A DNA stretch of 56,323 bases from an uncultured Nitrospinaceae bacterium (lineage in GTDB: Bacteria > UBA8248): the NCBI GenBank assembly GCA_964440505.1, contig CAYTSP010000139.1, positions 1 to 56,323 on the forward strand, read 5' to 3'. The notes under the pieces were generated by a model. The model searched no databases, had not been told where the DNA came from, and was given only the letters and a program-made list of their open reading frames with translations. Positions 28,131 to 35,542 of the stretch are shown here, piece by piece. Made by a program: the position numbers and the translations under genes. Positions within the stretch are counted from its first letter, which is position 1. Each line of letters begins with the position of its first letter.

Positions 28131-29072
28131 ATGCCCATCGGCGCTGATCTGTCCGCCCGCTATACCGAGGAAGCCATCGGCGGCGACCACCCCACGAAAG
28201 CCCGCGTCATCGATCGTCTGGCCCTCGCCGCCCTGTTCCCGGACGGAAAAATCCGGGGCAACAGACAACCCATCGAATGCGCGGGCAGGCTCGATTACGT
28301 GAACGCCACCACCCTGGCGTTCAAGCCGACGCTGGGCTCCGCCTACTATCCGGCCGTCGCCAATCCCGTGGCGGGGCGCCACGTACCCTTCATCGATGAA
28401 GCGTCGGGAGACGTCTATTACGAGAATTTGCCCTGGGAGGGAATCACGCTGACGAACGCAGGCCTCGCAGCTGACAGTTCCTATGCCGTCTTCGTCTACG
28501 AGGACGGGGGCTCGCTCAAACTCGAATTCGACAGCACGGCAAGCTGGGCGTTCGACGCCGCCACGGGGCTGGCGCACAAAACGGATGACAAAAGCCGCAC
28601 CCTCGTCGGGGTCGCGAGAACGGACGGCTCGTCCCAGTTCGTTCTCGCGAACGACGTGTACGTCAGAAGTTTCTGGAACAAGGCGGAATACGCCGCACAG
28701 TCCAAAGGGACGCTCGCCACCACCCTGTCCACCGACTGGACCTCCGTCGCGACGCACGAAATCCTGACGTGGCCGGGCCACGACGTCATCCGCCAGGAAG
28801 CCGGCGGACAAGGATGGGTGAATTCAACGAGCATCGCGGGTCTGGCGGGCCTGGATATGAATCTCGAGCTGTTCGGCGGAACGGGGCAGGCCTACCCCGA
28901 AGTCGAAATCATCCGCCTGTCGAACAATGAAAAAGACAACTTCTCGATGGCGAGTACGCGAATATACACGGGCGCGCTCGCCGAGGTTCACTCCACGTTC
29001 GTCTTTCGCGTGGCGGGTTCGACCATCCTGAACATTGGCGACTATCTCTTCCAAAGCGTCGTTCTGATTTAG
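28131..29072 (+). CDS. phage-derived protein, possible fibre/receptor-binding component (P4)
   Basis: aaaggagaaaacc precedes the ATG at 28131. It is 313 aa with beta-rich composition and no recognisable motif. Confidence 0.45.
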   Translation: MPIGADLSARYTEEAIGGDHPTKARVIDRLALAALFPDGKIRGNRQPIECAGRLDYVNATTLAFKPTLGSAYYPAVANPVAGRHVPFIDEASGDVYYENLPWEGITLTNAGLAADSSYAVFVYEDGGSLKLEFDSTASWAFDAATGLAHKTDDKSRTLVGVARTDGSSQFVLANDVYVRSFWNKAEYAAQSKGTLATTLSTDWTSVATHEILTWPGHDVIRQEAGGQGWVNSTSIAGLAGLDMNLELFGGTGQAYPEVEIIRLSNNEKDNFSMASTRIYTGALAEVHSTFVFRVAGSTILNIGDYLFQSVVLI

Positions 29073-29081
29073 GAGACAAAC

Positions 29082-29777
29082 ATGGAAATCGAAGTGACAA
29101 AAGCCGTCGGCCCGCATTTTCGCGATGAACTGGAAGCTGCCGGCCTCGCGCACCTCTATCTGGGGAGCGCGCACCGGCTGAAAACGACCATGACGCCTGA
29201 CGCCGACTGGCAACCCGGACCCGGCGAAGTGGAATCCGCCCGTCCTGAAACCCACGGCCCAGGTCTCGACACGTGGGTCATCCACGTGGCCGATTCGAGC
29301 ACCCGGGCGCAGCGAGACGCCGTTCTCGCCGCACATGCCGCGCACGCGCCAGACGGCGTGGCGCAAATCCACCGCGACGAGGCGAAGGAGAAACTCAACC
29401 TTTTGCTGAACGCCGCCAAGGCGCGGGTCGTGGGCGTTCCGGTGAGCGCTCTGGGCGGCAAGCTGTCCGAATACGAGGAAAAAACCAGGCTCATCGACGC
29501 CTGGGCAAAGGATTCCGATACGGAGAAACTCACAAAACCGGGCTTCCTGCTCATCAAAAACAGAAAAGACGCCTATCCGGCGCGCTACGCGACGGGTCAA
29601 GGCGTGGTGGACGAGTGGGCGGGACGGCGAGCGGCCCTGCTCGGCAAGCTCGCCTCTCTCCTTAAAATTTATGATGAATGCGTGCGCGACATCCAGGATG
29701 CCGGCAACACCACGAGCACAGCGGCTCTGGACACCAAACTCGAAGAAGCCGCTTCTTCTTTCGACGCGGTGCGCTGA
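29082..29777 (+). CDS. phage-derived protein, function unassigned (P5)
   Basis: taggagacaaac precedes the ATG at 29082. It is 231 aa and helical in character, and its stop overlaps the next ATG (TGATG). Confidence 0.45.
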   Translation: MEIEVTKAVGPHFRDELEAAGLAHLYLGSAHRLKTTMTPDADWQPGPGEVESARPETHGPGLDTWVIHVADSSTRAQRDAVLAAHAAHAPDGVAQIHRDEAKEKLNLLLNAAKARVVGVPVSALGGKLSEYEEKTRLIDAWAKDSDTEKLTKPGFLLIKNRKDAYPARYATGQGVVDEWAGRRAALLGKLASLLKIYDECVRDIQDAGNTTSTAALDTKLEEAASSFDAVR

Positions 29778-30160
29778 TGGCGTCTGAAGGAAACGGGAAA
29801 GGGCTCCAGATTTTCCTGTCCATCCTGAGCATCGCCGGTCTCGGTGTCGCCGCCTATACCCCGCTCTACAACCAGATCGTGAACGTGGAAACGCGTCTGG
29901 CGGCCCACATGGCCGAGCGTGGCCACCCCTGGCTTTTGGAGAAAAACGCGGGCGCGCGCGTCCGCTTCCAGGAAGTCGAAACCCGGTTGCGGGAGGCGAA
30001 GACGATCGCCGATTTAACATTCCGTGAACTGAAAGCAATCTCCGTGAAAAAAACGCGCGAGGACGTACAAACTTTTGCGCAAATACTTCGCCGCCTGCGC
30101 AAGGTCGAAACCGCGCTCGCCAGACTCGACGAGCGCCTGAACAAGGAGCGTCTACCATGA
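29777..30160 (+). CDS. N-terminally membrane-anchored coiled-coil protein (P6)
   Basis: MASEGNGKGLQIFLSILSIAGLGVAAYTPLY is a single TM segment, followed by heptad-like helices (RLREAKTIADL...LRKVETALARLDERL). The layout resembles an i-spanin or assembly factor, but this is unproven. Confidence 0.45.
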   Translation: MASEGNGKGLQIFLSILSIAGLGVAAYTPLYNQIVNVETRLAAHMAERGHPWLLEKNAGARVRFQEVETRLREAKTIADLTFRELKAISVKKTREDVQTFAQILRRLRKVETALARLDERLNKERLP

Positions 30161-30279
30161 TTCCCCACCTTCTCGCGGCGCTTTTCCCGGTCGCCGCCGT
30201 ATTGTGCGCCGTCGCGGCCATCGAGCCGCGCCTCATCACGAACCACCTGTGGCATTTCATCAACCCCTGGGCGGATTAG
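30157..30279 (+). CDS. 40-aa hydrophobic peptide (P7)
   Basis: Absent from the ORF track. It has an ATGA overlap with the P6 stop and reads MIPHLLAALFPVAAVLCAVAAIEPRLITNHLWHFINPWAD*, with one TM-like segment. Confidence 0.3.
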   Translation: MIPHLLAALFPVAAVLCAVAAIEPRLITNHLWHFINPWAD

Positions 30280-30319
30280 CGCGTTCGGTTGCGCATCCCA
30301 TCCAGCAACTCGTTCATGA

Positions 30320-32005
30320 ATGAGGAATTCCATGGCGGAGCAAGTCCATAATATCTCGATAACGAAGAAAATAGACCTGAATTCCGGGAACAGCCTGAAA
30401 GTCCTCGAGCGTTTCACCAAAGCGGCGGGACAGGCCAGAATCGCTACGGAAAAACTCAACGCCGAAACGCGCGGGTCCCGGAGCGCGCTCGAAAAATCGA
30501 GCCGCACCTTCGTCGGGTCCGCAGAACGTCTCCGGGGCGTCGGCGTCTCGTCCACCGAAGCCGCCGAGGGGATGAACTCCCTGTGGAGGAATGCGGAACG
30601 AGCCGGCTCCCGGCTCGGCTCCGGCCCGCTTGCCAGAGGCCTGGACGAGGTCAAAAGGAAAGCCGCGGACCTGCCCGCCTCTTTTCAGGTCGCCGGAAGA
30701 GCGGTGAACGACTTCGCCACGGCTAGCGAGCGAACGCTTACCCGATTTTTCTCGGGCGTACTTAGCGGCAAAATCGACAGCGCCAAGGATCTGTTCAGCG
30801 ACCTGAAAAACCACGCCATCAACATGGTGCGTAACGCCGCCGCAGAGATGGCGAGCACGCAATTCATCAAACCGGCGGTGAGCGCGCTCCAGAATTTGGG
30901 TACGGGCTTGCTGGGTGATTTAAGCAAGGGTCTGTTTAAGGTATTCGGCTTCTCCAAGGGTGGTCTGGTGAAAAAACCCACCCTGGGCCTTATCGGCGAG
31001 GCGGGGCCGGAACTCGTGGTGCCGCTGGCGAAAATCGGCGGCGAGCAGGGAATCATGCGCCTTTTCAAATCCATCTCCGAGATCGAGGCGGCGAATCGCC
31101 TGGGCGGCACGGCGGTCGCCACCGGCGCGGGCGCAAGGGCGAGCAGCGAACTGGCCGCGCGGATTGCAGCCGCAAAGGCGGCGGCGACCCTGCAAATCGC
31201 CTTCTCCGCGCTGGACTTCCTGGGAGGCCCCAAAACCCTGAAAAGGGGAGCCAATCTGGGCATCAACGTGGCGGGCGCCCTCCCCGCGCTCTCGGGCGCC
31301 ACGGGCCTCGCCGCCTTCGGGCCTGCGGCGGGCGCTTTTCTGCTCACCGACGTCCTGTTCAACAAGGGAGGGGCCATCAAGCAGGTGCTCTCCTTCCTGG
31401 GCTTCAAGGGCTTCAGGGACAGGTCCACGCCCTTCACCCGGGGGATAGCGAATCTCGGGCAGGCGGCCGGGCTGTATCTCGCGCTCGATAGATTCCGGAA
31501 AACCGGCGTGGCGGTCGAAGCTGAATATCTCCAGCCTCCCCAAGCGGTTTTCGAAGGGAAGATGAGCGTGGACCCTTTTTTGCTGGAAAAAGCCGGTCTG
31601 GCTTTCCAGGTCATCCAGCGGGCGGCCGGAGAAGCGGGCATCTCGCCCCAGGAGGGCGTGAAGCGGTATTTCGGCAAGGATTTTTACAGCGCCTATCTGG
31701 GAGCGCTGCCCATACCCGAAGGCGACGCGGCGGGGCGTTTCGTCAAGCGCTCAGCGCTCAGGCTCGTGGGCGAGGCGGGGCCCGAGCACATCATGAACGT
31801 GAATCACCCGCAATCCATTGATTTCTTTCAGCGCGGCGTGCGGCCCATCATCCGCGACGCGATACGGGGCGAGATGGGCGGGGGTGACACCCACGTCTAC
31901 CACATTCACATCGAAGGGAACCTGAGCGACAACCGCACGCTCGAGAAGCTCTCGCGCAAGCTCGAAGACATCAACAGGCGCCGCCGCCGCTACGGGCAGG
32001 CGTAG
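30320..32005 (+). CDS. tape-measure-like / ejection-type phage protein (P8)
   Basis: It is 561 aa, Ala/Gly-rich and helical. It carries two copies of the G-E-A-G-P-E motif common in tail tape-measure proteins (GLIGEAGPELVVPL and LRLVGEAGPEHIMNV). The likely real start is the ATG at 30332, preceded by gagga. Confidence 0.55.
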   Translation: MRNSMAEQVHNISITKKIDLNSGNSLKVLERFTKAAGQARIATEKLNAETRGSRSALEKSSRTFVGSAERLRGVGVSSTEAAEGMNSLWRNAERAGSRLGSGPLARGLDEVKRKAADLPASFQVAGRAVNDFATASERTLTRFFSGVLSGKIDSAKDLFSDLKNHAINMVRNAAAEMASTQFIKPAVSALQNLGTGLLGDLSKGLFKVFGFSKGGLVKKPTLGLIGEAGPELVVPLAKIGGEQGIMRLFKSISEIEAANRLGGTAVATGAGARASSELAARIAAAKAAATLQIAFSALDFLGGPKTLKRGANLGINVAGALPALSGATGLAAFGPAAGAFLLTDVLFNKGGAIKQVLSFLGFKGFRDRSTPFTRGIANLGQAAGLYLALDRFRKTGVAVEAEYLQPPQAVFEGKMSVDPFLLEKAGLAFQVIQRAAGEAGISPQEGVKRYFGKDFYSAYLGALPIPEGDAAGRFVKRSALRLVGEAGPEHIMNVNHPQSIDFFQRGVRPIIRDAIRGEMGGGDTHVYHIHIEGNLSDNRTLEKLSRKLEDINRRRRRYGQA

Positions 32006-32105
32006 GCAAAGGGAGCCGGAAGATGGACGTCTGCTTCAAGAAGAGAACCAGGAGGCGCATCGCGCGGGATGGCTCACGAATCCCGCCGGTTTTGCGCACG
32101 CAACT

Positions 32106-32160
32106 CCCCGCATTTGCGCGCATCCGGGCCCCGCAATTCCCCGCAAATCCCCGCATTTCC
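32106..32160 (+). promoter_or_regulatory. array of ccccgcaWWt units (one isolated, then three at an exact 10-bp period)
   Basis: The units are ccccgcattt (32106-32115), ccccgcaatt (32129-32138), ccccgcaaat (32139-32148) and ccccgcattt (32149-32158). They lie 101-155 nt downstream of the P8 stop. Confidence 0.45.
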
Positions 32161-32178
32161 CCTCGATAATTTACGGAA

Positions 32179-32219
32179 ATTTATCGAAAAACCCCGTGAA
32201 TTTAGCGATATTTATCGAA
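32179..32219 (+). repeat. direct repeat atttatcgaa x2, 31 bp apart
   Basis: atttatcgaa occurs at 32179-32188 and 32210-32219. The reverse complement ttcgataaat also occurs at 10302-10311, next to the decamer repeat. Confidence 0.4.
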
Positions 32220-32741
32220 TTATCCGGAATACAAAAATCAAGTTATTGTTTTTAAGCCGGTTACGAATCCATTGAAACAAATGTAATCAAGGCGCAAGCG
32301 GTTTCGGTCAAACCCCTGCGTATCCCGGGCGGTTTGTGTCCGGCGGGCGGTGGTAAGCGTTCGGGCAGGCCGTTATAGAACGGGGCACAGCAATCAATTT
32401 GGTCGAGTCGAAAACGGTTTGGCAGATATGATTGCCTGATTGTGTGCACTGGACGTGCAGCGCTATTGCTTGATTTTTACGTCGCTCTTGAATTATGAAT
32501 GCACTGCGCCGAGCGAATCACTCTAAGAAAAGACGACAGACCGATGTTGATTCAGACGTCTCCATCACGGCTTGCCTGAACGTGTATGCACGCGCCCAGG
32601 ATTGCAAGCATGGTTTTGAATAGTTCGGCGCAAAGTGGTCAGGCGCATTCGTGTATCCGTATGTGGACGCGCCAGTTGATGCAAGCATGTCTTCGAACGA
32701 TTCGGGGTCCGTAGTCAGGTGCAGTCGTATGTCAGACCTCT

Positions 32742-34023
32742 CGTTTGCGGCGTTTCACTCTTGCCGCGGGCCCGTATGGAGATGCGCGGACCGGGTCCGA
32801 ATCGGCCTCGCGAGCCTGAAAGCTCTCGGATACACCCTGGTTTTCCCGATCCCGTCTCAATGACCGTTTTCCCTTACCCGTCCTCCGACCTGCTCACATT
32901 CCTGGATTATCCATATGCCTGCCATTCAGACGACAGGCGGCGGTTCCTTGTAGACTTCTTTCTTCGTCATCAGCGCCCAGGCGATGCGCGCTGTTCGATT
33001 GGCCAGCGCCACCGCGACCAGCATCCTGGGCTTGCGCGCCAGCATCCGGGCCAGCCACGACCCCGGCGGGGCGCCTCGCCGGACCGCCCAGCGCACCACC
33101 GACATCGCGCCCGTGATCAACAGCCTCCTGATATCGCGCTGGCCCATCTTCGACACTCTTCCCAGCCGGGGCTTGCCGCCCGTGGAGTGCTGACGGCGCA
33201 CAAGCCCGAGCCAGGCGGAGAAGTCCCGCCCCCGGCGGAAGCTGGCCATCGGAGGCGCGAAGGACTGGAGCGCAGACGCAGTGATCGGGCCGATCCCCGG
33301 GATGCTCATCAGACGCCTCGCCTCCTCGTCTTTGCGCGCACTCGTGCGGAGTTGCCTCTCCAACTCCAGGATCTTCGCTTTGAGGCCGGCAATCTGATCG
33401 AGCAGAACCCCGCCCAACTCACGAACCGCCTCGGGCAGTCCCGAGTCCGGAACTCTAACCGCTACCGATAGCCGCGCGAGGTGGGCACAACCCTGCGGAG
33501 CGATGACGCCATACTCCGCAGGTGTCCACGCAAGGCGTTGATAGTCTGGGTCCGCTGGCGAACCAGCAAATCGCGCGTGCGGAACAACATGCCCCGGGCC
33601 TGCTGCGCTTCGCTCTTCACCGCCACGAACCGCATTGTGGGACGGGAGGCCGACTCGCAAATCGCCTCCGCATCGGCCTCGTCGTTCTTGTGGCGTTTGA
33701 CGAAGGGCTTCACGTAGACCGGAGGCATGAGCTTCACCTCATGGCCGAGTTTGCTGATCTGACGACCCCAGTAGTGCGCGCTCGCGCACGCCTCCATCGC
33801 CACCAGACACCGCGGCTGAGACGCCAAAAAGCCGAGCATCCTCGTCCTGCCGAGCTTTTTCCGGAACGCAACCGACCCATCCGCGCGCGCGCCGTGGAGT
33901 TGAAAGCTCTGCTTCGCCAAGTCGATGCCGATGATGTGAACATGTTCCATGGGTTTCTCCTTCCGGGCGGTATAGAGACGCCACCTGCCACAGTGTGGTA
34001 TCCTGGGAAGGGCGCGTCCACCC
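32742..34023 (-). mobile_element. IS110-family insertion sequence, full-length copy A
   Basis: The limits were inferred from where homology with the adjacent partial copy begins (tcgtttgcggcgtttca at 32742 and 34024). It holds a DEDD-type N-terminal domain and a C-terminal HhH-type domain of an IS110 transposase. Confidence 0.7.
32926..33950 (-). pseudogene. IS110 transposase split by one frameshift
   Basis: The N-terminal part is 33950..33462 (IIGIDLAKQSFQLHG...CLVAMEACASAHYW...KNDEADAEAI...RQRTQTINALRGHL). The C-terminal part is in another frame down to 32926 (...GVIAPQG...LMSIPGIGPITASAL...FRRGRDFSAWLGLVRRQHSTGGK...). The frames switch near 33500. Confidence 0.75.
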
Positions 34024-34620
34024 CATCGGCCTTTCGTTTGCGGCGTTTCAGATGCCGCGGGCCCGTATGGAGATGCGAGGACCGGGTCCTTATCGCTTAC
34101 GCGAGCTTCGAAGCTCTGTGTTCAGCCCCTGGTTTTCCCGATCCCGTCTCGATGACCGTTTGCCCCTACGTTATCCTCCGACCTGCTTGCATTCCTCCCG
34201 GCTATATTCTCTCGCCCGCCGCTCAGATGACCGGCGCAGGCTCCCTGTAGAATTCCTTCTTTGTCATCAACGCCCAGGCGATGCGCGCCATCCTGTTGGC
34301 CAGCGCAACCGCGACCAGCATCCGTGGTTTGCGCGCCAGCATACGGGCGAGCCATGAGCCCGGCGGCGCACCGCGCTGCTCCGCCCAGCGCACCACCGTC
34401 ATCGCGCCATGATCAGCAGCCGCCTGATGTCGCGTTGCCCCATCTTCGATACTTTGCCCAAGCGCGCCTTGCCGCCCGTGGAGTGTTGACGGGGCACGAG
34501 GCCGAGCCAGGCGGAGAAGTCCCGCCCGCACCCGAAGCTCTCCAAAGGCGGGGAACCGTGGCCATCGGGACCCGTCTGAGGGAAGGGGGCACTCCGTGAT
34601 CGGACCCGCTGGCGGGACAC
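34024..34620 (-). mobile_element. truncated second IS110 copy (3' ~600 bp only), in tandem with copy A
   Basis: 34024-34222 is colinear with 32742-32925. 34223-34620 encodes RDFSAWLGLVPRQHSTGGKARLGKVSKMGQRDIRRLL / VVRWAEQRGAPPGSWLARMLARKPRMLVAVALANRMARIAWALMTKKE in two frames. The N-terminal half is absent. Confidence 0.7.
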
Positions 34621-35008
34621 TGAGCTCCGTCACCCGCGTCAACGTAACGGCGGCGGTCCGCCTTCCGAGGAGATAACAGCCAGACCTGAGTAGCTTGAGA
34701 GTACGGTGGTGATGCACGGCGAGCGGCTCACCAAGTTCAGGGTGACGCCAGGAGACGAACGGATCGAGTTGCGCTGGAGCATGGTGGGCCGGCGGAGTTG
34801 GGCACGAGCTACCAGGTGCGGGTGGACGTGCAGTCAGGCTATGTGAATGTGACATCCGGTCTGTCCTGGGATCGAGTTATGGCCAAATCTGGTGCATGCC
34901 CGTCCCGAATCCAGCGGCCCTCCCGCCAGTTTCTTTTACGTCCACCCCATTGATGAACCTTACGTCGGCGATCATGGATGTCAAATGGTGGAAACCGCGC
35001 GGCCGGAT

Positions 35009-35107
35009 CCATTCGAACTCGTCAGCGCTGAGGTCACTAAACACCGATCGGCGCCAGTGCGGAATATGACGGATCTCGATGAATTCGAAGAGGTCTATGT
35101 GCGTCTC
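35009..35107 (-). pseudogene. IS3-family (rve) transposase C-terminal stub
   Basis: ETHIDLFEFIEIRHIPHWRRSVFSDLSADEFEW resembles the conserved tail of the IS3 OrfB integrase domain (..IFEYIE.FYN..RRHS.LGY.SP.EFE). No upstream catalytic region is present. Confidence 0.4.
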
Positions 35108-35542
35108 GCCTGACTGAACGACGAACGCCGATTGATGGGCTCGAACCCGGCGTGGCGAAGATCTCGGCTGTTGCATGATCCGGGCACTTTCACGGCGTTA
35201 GGCGCGCCGTCACCGACTCAGTAATAGGCGGTGCGAACGTCCCGCCTCGCCTGCGTAATCACCTGGTCGTATCGCCTCACCTCGTTCGCCGGGCAGTCGC
35301 CCTCCGCCAGAAATCGCCTGGCGGTTTGGTTGATTCGTAAAGTGTTTTGGGCAAGACGGTGGAGGTGAGGGAATAACTGTTAGTAGGCGCAGTAGATGAA
35401 GAAGGGTTCGACGCCAAAACCTTCATTCAGGGGACATTTCCGACTCATAAGGGATGAAATGCCGAAATCCAGTTGGAGGAAAAGTTCGGCGTCAATCCTT
35501 ATAAGCTCTCCGAACAATCGCGATTGTACGAGAAGTCTTGGT

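Noticed and set aside
26653-31677. Large minus-strand ORFs across the phage-derived module (26653..27441, 27481..27951, 28110..28811, 28824..30263 of 479 aa, 29866..30654, 30685..31677)
   Set aside because: The plus-strand genes have RBSs and start/stop coupling. The minus-strand translations are Arg/Pro/Gly-rich shadows that cross several plus-strand gene boundaries.
32255-32275. ggttacgaatcc resembling a tRNA T-arm (GGTTCGAATCC), considered as a tRNA or att target next to the island
   Set aside because: The flanking sequence cannot be folded into an acceptor stem or cloverleaf. I recognised no tRNA anywhere in the window by eye; this should be confirmed with tRNAscan-SE.
32719-34855. ORFs 32719..33471 +, 33522..34250 + and 34223..34855 - across the IS110 copies
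   Set aside because: The first two are antisense to the transposase. The third is read-through from the truncated copy B into unrelated upstream sequence and is not a real 210-aa protein.
35210-35370. Minus-strand open frame ...HRLAQNTLRINQTARRFLAEGDCPANEVRRYDQVITQARRDVRTAYY* with no ATG/GTG/TTG start
   Set aside because: It has no start codon within the open frame and I recognise no family. It is probably a gene fragment left among the IS debris.
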